A stretch of DNA of 64,000 bases from an uncultured Prevotellaceae bacterium (GCA_900316475.1 ONDA01000023.1:15016-79015); one strand, 5' to 3'. Positions 1-9,841 are shown, numbered from the stretch's first letter. Made by a program: numbers and translations. The notes: generated by a model not told the origin, from the letters alone.

Positions 1-632
1 TTGCCCATCTCGCGAAGCATCCAGCCGACGGCCTTATGCATCAGGTCGTGGGGGTGATGCAGGTGGATTTCGGCGTAGCGCAGGCACCACGACGGGTCGC
101 CCTGCTGCGACGTCTTCCACGAGCAGACGATGCTCATGCGCTGTTTCCAGAGGCAGGGACTTTGTGCCAGCTCGTCTAATACCTTTATCTTATAGTCCCT
201 GTCGCCAAGGTCCGAGGGCAGCAGAAGCCAATGGCCGAGAATCTTATGGACAGAGAGGTCGACGAGATCCCAGTTGTTGGCCTGCTCTGCGTATTTCAGA
301 TAGAGCGTGAGGATTTCGTCGCGACTGCGGATGGCCGACGCGTCGTTCGCCAACCGCTTCGTGGCCAGCTTTTCGAATTTCGACACGAGAATCAGCAGGC
401 CGCAAAGGCGCACCTCGTGCCAGCGGCTCATCAGCAGTTCGGGAACTTCGCTCAGTGGGAAGTCCTTCGGAACGGCCCGCACCACCTCGCGCGTCTGTGG
501 AACTTTCAGCCCTAAGAACTCGTCGCCCTCGCCGTATTCGCCGGGGGCCGTCTTGAAGAACCGTATCAGAATCCGCCGCTGCGCGTCATTCTGCAGCGAC
601 TCCATGTGCTGAATAATCTCCTTCGCCGTCAT
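1..632 (-). CDS. DNA alkylation repair protein (AlkD-like HEAT repeat), 3' end outside the window
   Basis: Not in ORF track. Manual translation from ATG at 632 gives MTAKEII...FFKTAPGEYGEGDEFLGLKVPQTR...HLHHPHDLMHKAVGWMLREMG, typical of this family. Confidence 0.85.
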   Translation of the reverse strand, partial: MTAKEIIQHMESLQNDAQRRILIRFFKTAPGEYGEGDEFLGLKVPQTREVVRAVPKDFPLSEVPELLMSRWHEVRLCGLLILVSKFEKLATKRLANDASAIRSRDEILTLYLKYAEQANNWDLVDLSVHKILGHWLLLPSDLGDRDYKIKVLDELAQSPCLWKQRMSIVCSWKTSQQGDPSWCLRYAEIHLHHPHDLMHKAVGWMLREMG

Positions 633-719
633 CTGTCTTTGATTTTGGGGGACAAAGATACGAAAAATCCCTGACATTCCGTGTGGATTGCAGGGATAAT
701 TTGTAGGGAAACTGTAAAA

Positions 720-2189
720 TCAGCGACGGAGGAAGACATCGACCTTCCTGGCAGTCTCGATGCCGCTGGCCATGGCGCGCACGACGAGCGAGGCGCCGTT
801 CTGGGCGTCGCCGCAGACGAAGACGCTCTCGGGGTAGGCGGGGTGCTCGGGCTTGAGGAAGCCCATGGCCAGGAGGCACAGCTCGGCCTTGATGACGAAG
901 GGGTCGCCCTTGGGGACCATGACGGGGCGGGCGGGTTTCCCCGCTGGAGAAGCAGCGGGCACGGGGGTGGGTTTTCCCGCTGGAGAAGCAGCGGGCACGG
1001 GGGCCGGCTGCCACTCGACTTCCTGGACGCGGACGCCGGTCAGGTGGCCGTTCTCGCCAAGGAATTCGAGCGTATTGATGTTCCAGCGGCGGGTGCAGCC
1101 CTCCTCGTGGCTTGATGTGGTTTTGAGTGTGCGCGGGTAGTTTGGCCACGGGTTCTGCGGGTCGTCAGGACCCTCGACGGGGCGGGGCATGATTTCAATC
1201 TGGGTGACGGAGCAGGCACCCTGGCGATGAGCCGTGCCGATGCAGTCGGAGCCAGTGTCGCCGCCGCCAATGACGAGGACGTCCTTGCCCCGGGCGGTGA
1301 TGCGGTCGGCCTTCGGGAACTCCATGCCGGCGAGGACGCGGTTCTGCTGGGCGAGGAGTTCGAGTGCGAAGTGGACGCCTTTCAGGTCACGCCCAGGTGC
1401 TTTCAAGTCGCGGGCGGTGGGGGTGCCGGTGGCGAGGACGATAGCCCCCCACCCAGCCTCCCCCGAGGGGGAGGAGTAATTACATAGTTCGTTGAGAGCT
1501 GCCAGTAGAGTATCTACGCCCTCCCCTCGGGGAGGGATGGGGAGGGGGCTATTGTAGCGGAACTCAATGCCCTCCTGCTCCATCAGACTGATGCGGCGGT
1601 CGATGATGGCTTTGTTGAGCTTGAAGTTGGGGATGCCGTAGCGGAGGAGGCCGCCGGCGGCCTCGTTCTGCTCGAAGACGGTGACGGTATAGCCCATCTG
1701 GTTGAGGGCATCGGCAGCGGCAAGGCCGGCGGGACCGGCACCGATGACGGCAACCTTCTTGCCATTCCTGACTGGCACCCGTGGTTGGATATACCCCTCG
1801 CGGAAGGCGGCCTCGATGATGGCGCACTCGTCTTCGCGGTTGGTGGTCGGCTCGTGGTTGAAGCGGTTCAGCACGCAAGCTTTCTCGCACAGCGCGGGAC
1901 AGATGCGACCGGTGAACTCAGGGAAGGGATTAGTCGAGGCAAGCAGGCGGAAGGCCAGTTCCCAGTCGCCGCGATAGAGCGCGTCGTTCCACTCGGGCGC
2001 CTTGTTGCCCAGCGGACAGGCCCAGTGGCAGAAGGGTACGCCGCAGTCCATGCAGCGGCTTGCCTGCAGCTTGCGTTCGCGCGTGCTGAGCGTCTGCTCC
2101 ACCTCGCCGAAATCGTGGATGCGGTCGTGGACGGGGCGGTAGCCGGCCTCCTGACGGCCGATTTCTAAAAATGCTTTCGGGTTTCCCAT
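720..2189 (-). CDS. gltD: Glutamate synthase small subunit
   Basis: ASRCMDCGVPFCHWACP Fe-S motif, GAGPAG and IGGGDTG nucleotide-binding motifs; downstream of gltB. Confidence 0.97.
   Translation of the reverse strand: MGNPKAFLEIGRQEAGYRPVHDRIHDFGEVEQTLSTRERKLQASRCMDCGVPFCHWACPLGNKAPEWNDALYRGDWELAFRLLASTNPFPEFTGRICPALCEKACVLNRFNHEPTTNREDECAIIEAAFREGYIQPRVPVRNGKKVAVIGAGPAGLAAADALNQMGYTVTVFEQNEAAGGLLRYGIPNFKLNKAIIDRRISLMEQEGIEFRYNSPLPIPPRGEGVDTLLAALNELCNYSSPSGEAGWGAIVLATGTPTARDLKAPGRDLKGVHFALELLAQQNRVLAGMEFPKADRITARGKDVLVIGGGDTGSDCIGTAHRQGACSVTQIEIMPRPVEGPDDPQNPWPNYPRTLKTTSSHEEGCTRRWNINTLEFLGENGHLTGVRVQEVEWQPAPVPAASPAGKPTPVPAASPAGKPARPVMVPKGDPFVIKAELCLLAMGFLKPEHPAYPESVFVCGDAQNGASLVVRAMASGIETARKVDVFLRR
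933..1003. repeat. 36-bp tandem duplication of a CCCGCTG-n6-CAGCGGG hairpin, translated in frame in gltD (PVPAASPAGKP x2)
   Basis: Copies start at 933 and 969; peptide repeat visible in the ORF translation. Confidence 0.9.
1443..1550. repeat. Inverted pair of C/G-rich palindromic repeats in frame in gltD (1443-1476, 1518-1550)
   Basis: agcccccc..cctcccccgagggggagg and gccctcccctcggggaggg..gggggct; peptides SPLPIPPRGEG and SSPSGEAGWGA. Confidence 0.85.
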
Positions 2190-2270
2190 ATTTCTATTCT
2201 GTTTTTAATTTCTATTGTTGTTTAATCGCTTGTTTCTGCTCTTTCGGAGCGTTTCGCTTATGCTGCCACG

Positions 2271-5200
2271 TCAATAGTCGCGCTGGATATCCGCAATCTT
2301 CTCATGCAGCCTCGCCATTTTCTCCTCTTCGAGCACGCGCTTGTACTCGATGGGGATGACCTGGATGAAGTCCTCGATGTAGCGGTGCCAGTCGTCGAGC
2401 ATCCGTCCGGCCAGTGCGCTGCCCGTGTGCAGGTAATGCTGGCGGATGAGTTCGAGCAGTTCCTTGCGTGAAACACTATCCTCGACCAACGAAAGCTCCA
2501 CCATGTCCATATTGCAGAAATAGTCGAACGTGTGGTCGGGGTCATAGACATAAGCCACGCCGCCCGACATGCCTGCCGCGAAGTTGCGGCCGGTCTTGCC
2601 CAACACTACCACGCGACCGCCTGTCATGTATTCGCAGCAGTGGTCGCCCGCGCCCTCGATGACGGCGATGGCCCCGCTGTTGCGCACGCCGAAGCGCTCA
2701 CCGACGATGCCGTTGACGTACAGCTCGCCCGAGGTGGCGCCGTAGAGTCCGGTGTTGCCCGCTATGATATTCTCTTCGGCCTTGAATTCTTCACTGCGAC
2801 GGGCTGGCGGCAGGATGCTGATGCGTCCGCCGGAGAGTCCCTTGCCGAAGTAGTCGTTGGTCTCGCCCTCCAGCCGCAGGTCCAAGCCCTTCACAGCAAA
2901 GGCACCGAACGACTGACCGGCAGAACCTTTGAATTTGATTCTGATGGTGCCGTCGGGCAGTCCAGCCTCGCCATATTTCTTGGCAATGATACCCGAGAGC
3001 ATCGTGCCCACAGCACGGTCGGTATTCTTGATGGCATAGTCGAGCGTCACCTCTTCCTGGCTTTCGATGGCTTTTGCTGCCGCTTTGACGATTTCCTCGT
3101 CCTTTACGCCCGTCACCTTCGTATAGGCCCCACGGTCCCAGTAAAGCGCCTTATCTGTGTCGGGCTTATGGAGCAAGCGACCGAAGTCTATGGAGCGCCA
3201 TTTCTCCACCGCTGTTCCGTTTGTTGCGACGTTGTCGCAACTCTTCACCTCAATCAGTTCCGTATGACCGATAATCTCCTTCAGACTGTGTACGCCAATC
3301 TCGGCCAGATACTCGCGCACCTGCTGCGCAAGGAAGGTAAAGTAGTTCACTACATACTCGGCACGCCCCTCGAAATGCTTACGCAGCTCCGGGTTCTGCG
3401 TCGCCACACCCATCGGACAGGTATTCGTATTACACTTGCGCATCATCACGCAGCCCAGCACGATGAGCGGCAGCGTGCCAAACGAGAACTCGTCGGCGCC
3501 CAGCATTGCCATGATGATAACGTCCTTCGCCGTCTTCAGCTGTCCGTCGGTCTGCAGGCGCACCTGGTTCCGAAGACCATTGCGGACCAGCGTCTGCTGC
3601 GTCTCGGCCAGGCCAATCTCCGGCGAGATGCCCGCAAAACGCATCGACGACGCAGGCGATGCGCCCGTACCGCCCTCGGCACCACTGATGACGATGAGGT
3701 CAGCTTTCGCTTTCGCCACACCTGCGGCAATGGTTCCCACACCACTCTCAGCCACGAGTTTCACGCTCACAGCTGCTGTGGGGTTGATATTCTTCAGGTC
3801 GAAGATGAGCTGTGCCAGGTCCTCGATCGAATAGATGTCGTGATGAGGCGGCGGCGATATGAGTGAGATGCCGGGGATGGCATTTCGCGTCTTGGCGATG
3901 ATGTCGTTCACCTTGAAGCCGGGCAGCTGTCCGCCCTCGCCGGGCTTCGCTCCCTGTGCCACCTTAATCTGTATCTCCTCAGCATTCACCAGATACTCCG
4001 CCGTCACGCCGAATCGTCCGCTGGCAATCTGCTTCGTCTTGCTCGACAGCGACACGCCGTCCACCTCCGTGTGGTAGCGGGCATTGTCCTCGCCGCCTTC
4101 ACCGGTATTCGAGCGCGTGCCCAGCTTGTTCATCGCCAAAGCCAGTGCCTCGTGGGCCTCGATGCTCAGTGCGCCGAACGACATGGCGCCGGTCACGAAG
4201 TGCTTCACGATGCTCTCCACGGGTTCGACATCCTCGACAGACCTTTCCCCTTGCCCCTCCCTGTGAGGGAGGGGAGTAGATACCTTCTTAAAGGTGAGGA
4301 AGTCGCGCAGGAAGATAGGCGATTCCTTCTCGTCGACAAGCTTTGACCATTCCTTAAACTTCTCGTAATCGCCAGTACGGCAGGCTAACTGCAGCTTCGC
4401 AATCGTCTCCGGGTTCCACGCGTGCTTGATGCCGTCCCTGCGCCACGAGAACTGCCCGTGATTAGCAAGGTAACCACTCCCCTCCCTCACAGGGAGGGGT
4501 TGGGGGAGAGTCTGCAGGCGAATGGCATCTCTTGCAATCTCCTTCAGTCCGATGCCTCCGATGGTGCTCACCTCTGTGCCGAAGTAACGTCTCAGCAAGT
4601 CCTCGCTAAGCCCGATACTCTCGAAAATCTTCGCACCGCGATAGCTTCGGATGGTCGAGATGCCCATCTTCGACATGATCTTCTTCAGACCTTTATCCAC
4701 CGCCTTGATGTAGTTCCGTTCCGCCGTCGCATATTCCTCCTGAATCCTTCCGCGTTTCACCAAATCATCGAGTATGGCGAAGGTCATATATGGACACAGC
4801 GCCGAGGCTCCGTAGCCCAGCAGCAGCGCCGCATGCATCACCTCGCGAATCTCGCCGCTCTCCACAATGAGCGCCGTCTGCACACGCTTGCCCACGCTGA
4901 TGAGATAGTGATGAACGGCCGAGACAGCCAACAGCGACGGGATATTGAACCAGCAAGCCCCCCCTACGGCCCCCGAGGGGGCTTCTATAGTTTTGTCTGT
5001 GAGGATAATGTAGTTCACACCTTCGTCCACGCTGGCCTCTGCATCTTTGCAAAGCTTATCAAGTGCTGCACGCAAAGCTTCTTCGGCTTTGTCTAATGTA
5101 GCCCCCTCGGGGGCAGAAGGGGGGGCTACGACCATTGACAGTTTCTTGGTGTTGAAGCCCTTGTAGCGGATGTTACAAAGTATGTCCAGCTGTGTGTTCG

Positions 5201-7022
5201 TCAGCACCGGCTGCGGCAGGCGCACCATCTTGCAGTTAGAGGCATCCGGCGTCAGGATGTTCGTCCCCACCGCCCCGATGTACTCCGTCAGGCTCATGAC
5301 CAGCTCCTCGCGAATAGGGTCAATCGCTGGGTTCGTCACCTGCGCAAACTGCTGGCGGAAATAGTTGAACAGCACCTGCGGACGGTCGCTGACGACGGCA
5401 AGCGGTGTGTCGTTACCCATGGCCGCCACCGGCTCCTGCCCCGTCGTGGCCATCGGCACAATCGTCTTGTCAATATCCTCCTGTCCGAAGCCGAAGGTAA
5501 CCAGTTTACGCTGGAGGTCGCTCACAGCGTTCTCTACCTTGCGACCACTTTTCAGCTTCTCCAGCTGTACACGGTTCTCGCTGAGCCACTCACGATACGG
5601 ATGCGCCTTGGCCAGCTTCTCCTTAATTTCGCCGTCGTAGTATATTTTGCCTTCCTGCGTGTCGATGAGCAGAATCTTGCCTGGCTGCAAGCGTCCCTTC
5701 GAGACCACGTCGCCCGGCTCGAAGTCCATCACGCCGACCTCCGATGCCACGACCATCATGCCCTGCTTCGTAATCGTATAGCGCGAGGGGCGCAGACCGT
5801 TCCTGTCGAGCATACCGCCCGCATACCGTCCGTCGCTGAACAGCAGCGCCGCCGGTCCGTCCCATGGTTCCATCAGGATAGAGTGGTACTCATAGAACGC
5901 CTTCAAATCCTCCGAGATGGGGTGGGGCCCTCCGCCAGACACTCGGTAGTCTGGCGGCAATCCCTTGTCGTTGAACGACTCCGGCACCAGTATCGCCATC
6001 GCCTGCGGCAGCGACATGCCGCTCATCATCAGGAACTCAAACACGTTATCCAGGCTTGCACTATCGCTCATCCCCTCCTGCACAATCGGCGAAATCTCTC
6101 TGATGTCGCCCAATGCCTCGCTCGAAAGCACACTCTCGCGCGCCTTCATCCATCCGCGATTGCCGCGAATGGTGTTAATCTCGCCATTATGAGCTAACAA
6201 GCGGAAGGGCTGGGCCAGCGACCACGTGGGGAATGTGTTTGTGCTGAATCGTGAGTGGACCAGCGCCAGTCCGCTTGTCAGGTAGGGATTCGACAAATCC
6301 GGGAAATACCGGCGCAGCTGTCCGCTGGTCAGCATTCCCTTGTAGATGATATTCTTCGTGGAAAGCGAGCAGATGTAGAAAGCCTCAACCCCCAGCAGAC
6401 TCTCCCCCGGCCCCTCCCTGTGAGGGAGGGGAGCAGATACCATTTCCGCTATCCTCTTCTCAATCCTTTTCCTTATTATATATAAAGTGCGCTCAAATAC
6501 CGTCTCTTCTTCGCCAGGAGTGTAATCACTCCCCTCCCTCACAGGGAGGGGTCGGGGGTGGGTCTGCTGGTGGGTCTGCTGAGTCACAAATATCTGCTTA
6601 ATCTCTGGCTCTACCCTCCTTGCCGCCTCGCCCAGCACCTCCGGGCATGTCGGCACCGTGCGCAGATGCATCAGCTGCAGGCCCTCGCGCTCAATCTCCT
6701 CAATCATCACCGACAGGATTTCCTGCTGCGCCTTTTCCTCTTTCGGCAGGAACACCAGGCCCGTGCCGTACTTTCCCTTCTCGGGCACGGGGATGCCCTG
6801 CAACAGAATAAACTCATGGGGAATCTGTAGCATGATGCCTGCGCCGTCGCCCGTCTTGTCGCGGGTCTCGGCTCCTCGGTGCTCCATGTTCTCCAGCACC
6901 TTCAGCGCGTTGTCCACCAGTTCATGACTCTTGCCGCCGTGAATATTCACCACCATGCCTACGCCGCAGGCGTCGCGTTCATATTGTGACTGATAAAGTC
7001 CTTTTGTCTTACTATTTGTCAT
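2271..7022 (-). CDS. gltB: Glutamate synthase large subunit (start reassigned to ATG 7022)
   Basis: ERDACGVG N-terminal Ntn Cys, GAMSFG, IKVAQGAKPGEGGQLPG, CNTNTCPMG; -7 box at 7064-7071 argues against the upstream in-frame start. Confidence 0.98.
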   Translation of the reverse strand: MTNSKTKGLYQSQYERDACGVGMVVNIHGGKSHELVDNALKVLENMEHRGAETRDKTGDGAGIMLQIPHEFILLQGIPVPEKGKYGTGLVFLPKEEKAQQEILSVMIEEIEREGLQLMHLRTVPTCPEVLGEAARRVEPEIKQIFVTQQTHQQTHPRPLPVREGSDYTPGEEETVFERTLYIIRKRIEKRIAEMVSAPLPHREGPGESLLGVEAFYICSLSTKNIIYKGMLTSGQLRRYFPDLSNPYLTSGLALVHSRFSTNTFPTWSLAQPFRLLAHNGEINTIRGNRGWMKARESVLSSEALGDIREISPIVQEGMSDSASLDNVFEFLMMSGMSLPQAMAILVPESFNDKGLPPDYRVSGGGPHPISEDLKAFYEYHSILMEPWDGPAALLFSDGRYAGGMLDRNGLRPSRYTITKQGMMVVASEVGVMDFEPGDVVSKGRLQPGKILLIDTQEGKIYYDGEIKEKLAKAHPYREWLSENRVQLEKLKSGRKVENAVSDLQRKLVTFGFGQEDIDKTIVPMATTGQEPVAAMGNDTPLAVVSDRPQVLFNYFRQQFAQVTNPAIDPIREELVMSLTEYIGAVGTNILTPDASNCKMVRLPQPVLTNTQLDILCNIRYKGFNTKKLSMVVAPPSAPEGATLDKAEEALRAALDKLCKDAEASVDEGVNYIILTDKTIEAPSGAVGGACWFNIPSLLAVSAVHHYLISVGKRVQTALIVESGEIREVMHAALLLGYGASALCPYMTFAILDDLVKRGRIQEEYATAERNYIKAVDKGLKKIMSKMGISTIRSYRGAKIFESIGLSEDLLRRYFGTEVSTIGGIGLKEIARDAIRLQTLPQPLPVREGSGYLANHGQFSWRRDGIKHAWNPETIAKLQLACRTGDYEKFKEWSKLVDEKESPIFLRDFLTFKKVSTPLPHREGQGERSVEDVEPVESIVKHFVTGAMSFGALSIEAHEALALAMNKLGTRSNTGEGGEDNARYHTEVDGVSLSSKTKQIASGRFGVTAEYLVNAEEIQIKVAQGAKPGEGGQLPGFKVNDIIAKTRNAIPGISLISPPPHHDIYSIEDLAQLIFDLKNINPTAAVSVKLVAESGVGTIAAGVAKAKADLIVISGAEGGTGASPASSMRFAGISPEIGLAETQQTLVRNGLRNQVRLQTDGQLKTAKDVIIMAMLGADEFSFGTLPLIVLGCVMMRKCNTNTCPMGVATQNPELRKHFEGRAEYVVNYFTFLAQQVREYLAEIGVHSLKEIIGHTELIEVKSCDNVATNGTAVEKWRSIDFGRLLHKPDTDKALYWDRGAYTKVTGVKDEEIVKAAAKAIESQEEVTLDYAIKNTDRAVGTMLSGIIAKKYGEAGLPDGTIRIKFKGSAGQSFGAFAVKGLDLRLEGETNDYFGKGLSGGRISILPPARRSEEFKAEENIIAGNTGLYGATSGELYVNGIVGERFGVRNSGAIAVIEGAGDHCCEYMTGGRVVVLGKTGRNFAAGMSGGVAYVYDPDHTFDYFCNMDMVELSLVEDSVSRKELLELIRQHYLHTGSALAGRMLDDWHRYIEDFIQVIPIEYKRVLEEEKMARLHEKIADIQRDY
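4241..4514. repeat. Inverted pair of palindromic repeats in frame in gltB (4241-4284, 4471-4514)
   Basis: CCCCTCCC-TGTGA/TCACA-GGGAGGGG stems; peptides VSTPLPHREGQGER and QTLPQPLPVREGSGY. Confidence 0.9.
4955..5128. repeat. Inverted pair of palindromic repeats in frame in gltB (4955-4984, 5099-5128)
   Basis: agccccccctacggcccccgagggggct and agccccctcgggggcagaagggggggct; peptides APSGAVGGA and APPSAPEGAT. Confidence 0.85.
5932..5957. repeat. Perfect 9-bp-stem hairpin in frame in gltB
   Basis: ccgccagac-actcggta-gtctggcgg; peptide GLPPDYRVSGGGPH inside FNDK...PISEDLKAF. Confidence 0.7.
6397..6566. repeat. Inverted pair of palindromic repeats in frame in gltB (6397-6441, 6521-6566)
   Basis: Same CCCCTCCC..GGGAGGGG stem; peptides VSAPLPHREGPGESL and QTHPRPLPVREGSDYT. 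Confidence 0.9.
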
Positions 7023-7063
7023 ATTATCCTTACTTTTTCTTACGTTTTGTCTAATTTTCGATG

Positions 7064-7071
7064 CAAAGGTA
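7064..7071 (-). promoter_or_regulatory. Bacteroidetes sigma-A -7 box for gltB-gltD
   Basis: TACCTTTG on the minus strand matches TAnnTTTG, about 40 nt upstream of the ATG. Confidence 0.75.
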
Positions 7072-7133
7072 ATACTATATGTCTGATTTGCCAAAGCTCT
7101 GATTTCCTTTTTCACCTTCATTTGGCACCCAAC

Positions 7134-7220
7134 TTACATTTTGTAAAGTCCAAGCCCGCGACACGCCCATTTTGCGGTGTCATACGGTGTCTGCGACACG
7201 CCGTAGCTTACACTTTGTCA
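7134..7220. promoter_or_regulatory. Paired candidate operator boxes upstream of gltB (7134-7146, 7208-7220)
   Basis: TTACATTTTGTAA and TTACACTTTGTCA, 74 bp apart; the same layout recurs at three other promoters. Confidence 0.7.
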
Positions 7221-7359
7221 TTTTCAGGCGAATAGTAACGCGACGGAACGACAATTGTTTTTCCAAACTCCATTTTCTTTTATCATAAGCGGAACATTAT
7301 TTGGCGTTTCCTGATTTTTTTTGTTACTTTGCACGCCATAAAGGTGACAACACAAAAAA

Positions 7360-8262
7360 ATGAATACAACCATATTAACCATTACAGGAAGCGACGGCAC
7401 AGGCGACTCCGGTGTGCAGGCAGACATACGGCTCATCTGCGAACTGGGCGGCAAGGCGGCGTCTGCCATCACCTCCATCACAGTGCAGAACACGCTGGGC
7501 ATCCAGGAATTCCACGACCTGCCGGCAGCCGTCGTCTACCAGCAAGTGGAAGCCATCATCAACGACCTGCAACCGCAGGTTATCAAGATAGGACTGCTGA
7601 GACACACGGAAGTGGTAGGGATGCTGGCCGACGTATTGCGCAAATACAAGCCGCGACACATCATCTATGTCCCCGTCCTGAAGTCCACAAAGGGCGAACG
7701 GCTGGTGTCGCCAAGTGTCTACGAGGCCATCGAACGCCTTCTCCTGCCGCTGTGTACCATCGTTCTGGCGCCCTCCGACCTGCCCGTAGGCCCGCGCCGC
7801 CACGGTCAGGCCAACAAGCTGGCTTCCGCCTTAGCCTATTACCTGAGTCTCGGCGAGACAGAGGCCGACGCCATGCTTCACGCCCAGACCTACCTGAAGA
7901 CCCTGCCTGCCGACTATGCCGACGGGAACAGCAGGAGCGAGGAACTCTACAACCAGTTCCTGACCGCCGTAGAACGCAACTATAGCCACTATGCCGACGT
8001 GGCGTTTTACGCCGAACAGCTTAACGTCAGTGCCAAGTACTTAGGACAAGTGACGCGACGCATAGCCAACCGTTCGCCGAAAGCCATTATCGACGACCGT
8101 ATCATCACAGAAATCGTGGCATTGCTCACCTCCACCAACCGTCCGCTGAAGGACATCGCCCAGCGTCTCGGTTTCTCCTCGCAGGCTCATCTCTCGCGCT
8201 TCTTCAAGAAGCACAAGGGAGTATCACCAACAGAATACCAACACAACAACAAACAATCATAA
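7360..8262 (+). CDS. ThiD/PdxK-like kinase domain fused to an AraC-family HTH; probable regulator
   Basis: N-term [32 protein letters not shown] (ThiD-like); C-term [37 protein letters not shown] (AraC). Confidence 0.8.
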   Translation: MNTTILTITGSDGTGDSGVQADIRLICELGGKAASAITSITVQNTLGIQEFHDLPAAVVYQQVEAIINDLQPQVIKIGLLRHTEVVGMLADVLRKYKPRHIIYVPVLKSTKGERLVSPSVYEAIERLLLPLCTIVLAPSDLPVGPRRHGQANKLASALAYYLSLGETEADAMLHAQTYLKTLPADYADGNSRSEELYNQFLTAVERNYSHYADVAFYAEQLNVSAKYLGQVTRRIANRSPKAIIDDRIITEIVALLTSTNRPLKDIAQRLGFSSQAHLSRFFKKHKGVSPTEYQHNNKQS

Positions 8263-8266
8263 ACAC

Positions 8267-9139
8267 ATGAACGAAAGAACATTGCTGAACCGCCAGTTGG
8301 CTCAGATGCTGAAGGGCGGTGTTATCATGGACGTGACGACTCCCGAACAGGCCCGGATTGCCGAGGCTGCCGGTGCCTGTGCCGTCATGGCCCTCGAACG
8401 CATCCCTGCCGACATCCGTGCTGCAGGTGGTGTGAGTCGTATGAGTGACCCGAAGATGATTCGCGGCATTCAGGAGGCTGTCTCCATCCCCGTCATGGCC
8501 AAGTGCCGCATTGGTCACATTGCCGAGGCGCAGATCCTGCAGGCCATCGAGATTGACTACATCGACGAGAGCGAGGTACTCTCGCCCGCCGACAACATCT
8601 ATCATATCGACAAGACGAAGTTCGACGTGCCCTTTGTCTGTGGCGCCAAGAACCTGGGTGAGGCCTTGCGCCGTATTGCCGAAGGTGCCACGATGATCCG
8701 CACCAAGGGTGAGCCCGGTACGGGCGATGTTGTTCAGGCCGTGAGTCACATGCGTCTGATGCAGAGCGAGATTCGCCGACTGACGAGCATGAGCGACGAC
8801 GAGCTCTTCGAGGCCGCCAAACAACTGCAGGCGCCCTACGAACTGGTGAAGTTCGTACATGACGAAGGCAAACTCCCCGTGGTCAACTTTGCGGCTGGCG
8901 GTGTGGCTACGCCTGCCGATGCTGCCATGATGATGCAGCTCGGTGCCGAGGGCGTGTTTGTGGGCAGTGGCATCTTCAAGAGCGGCAACCCCGCCAAGCG
9001 TGCTGCCGCCATCGTTCAGGCTGTGACCAACTACCAGGATGCCAAACTCCTGGCCGAACTCTCGGAAGACCTTGGCGAGGCGATGGTAGGTATCAATGAG
9101 CACGAGATAGAGCTGTTAATGGCCGAACGAGGGAAATGA
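8267..9139 (+). CDS. pdxS: Pyridoxal 5'-phosphate synthase lyase subunit
   Basis: [42 protein letters not shown]. Confidence 0.97.
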   Translation: MNERTLLNRQLAQMLKGGVIMDVTTPEQARIAEAAGACAVMALERIPADIRAAGGVSRMSDPKMIRGIQEAVSIPVMAKCRIGHIAEAQILQAIEIDYIDESEVLSPADNIYHIDKTKFDVPFVCGAKNLGEALRRIAEGATMIRTKGEPGTGDVVQAVSHMRLMQSEIRRLTSMSDDELFEAAKQLQAPYELVKFVHDEGKLPVVNFAAGGVATPADAAMMMQLGAEGVFVGSGIFKSGNPAKRAAAIVQAVTNYQDAKLLAELSEDLGEAMVGINEHEIELLMAERGK

Positions 9140-9684
9140 GGATAGCAGTATTGGCCCTGCAAGGGGCGTTTGTTGAGCACGAGCAGATGTTGCAGAAGCT
9201 CGGCGTGGAGACGGTGGAGATACGTCAGATGCGCGACTGGCAGCAGCCAAAGGACGGGTTGGTATTGCCCGGCGGTGAGAGTACCGTGCAGATGCGCCTG
9301 CTGAAGGAGCTGGGACTCTTCGACCCTATCCGCGAGGCTATCCTCGGCGGGATGCCCGTCCTCGGCACTTGTGCCGGCATGATTCTCCTTTCCGAACGTC
9401 GCCTCGGCACGATGGCCATCGAGGTGCGCCGCAATGCCTACGGTCGTCAGTTGGGCAGCTTTCATACCGTTGGCAGCGTCGAGGGTATCGGCAATGATGT
9501 TCCCATGACCTTCATCCGTGCCCCCTATATCGAACGTGTGCTGAGCGAGAAGGTCGAAGTGCTTTCCACCGTCGATGGCCATATCGTCGCTGCCCGACAG
9601 GGTCATCAGCTCGCCACCGCCTTCCATCCGGAGCTGGACGGAGACCGGCGCGTACACCAGATGTTTGTCGAAATGGCCCGTTAG
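9136..9684 (+). CDS. pdxT: PLP synthase glutaminase subunit
   Basis: LALQGAF, PGGEST, GTCAG, FIRAP, FHPEL; ATGA overlap with pdxS. Confidence 0.96.
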   Translation: MRIAVLALQGAFVEHEQMLQKLGVETVEIRQMRDWQQPKDGLVLPGGESTVQMRLLKELGLFDPIREAILGGMPVLGTCAGMILLSERRLGTMAIEVRRNAYGRQLGSFHTVGSVEGIGNDVPMTFIRAPYIERVLSEKVEVLSTVDGHIVAARQGHQLATAFHPELDGDRRVHQMFVEMAR

Positions 9685-9771
9685 TGACTATTTGTTACAG
9701 TCTGACCGCTTTTTGAGCCAAAAAGTAAGCAAAGTGTAAAGAAACGAATTTGTTTTCTTTACACTTTGTTA
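9685..9771. promoter_or_regulatory. Paired candidate operator boxes upstream of glnK-amtB (9685-9697, 9759-9771)
   Basis: TGACTATTTGTTA and TTACACTTTGTTA, 74 bp apart, ending 63 bp before the -7 box. Confidence 0.65.
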
Positions 9772-9833
9772 TTTATTTTAATATTTTGAAAACATATCGA
9801 CATTGGATGCTTGCAGTTTCTGACAAAATGTCG

Positions 9834-9841
9834 TACTTTTG
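9834..9841 (+). promoter_or_regulatory. -7 promoter box for glnK-amtB
   Basis: TACTTTTG matches TAnnTTTG. Confidence 0.7.

Noticed and set aside
2532-3866. Long antisense ORFs over gltB, also 21607-23037, 23228-24220, 25009-25974, 50991-52061 and 53767-54876
   Set aside because: Shadow frames of GC3-rich genes; no motifs, promoters or plausible composition.
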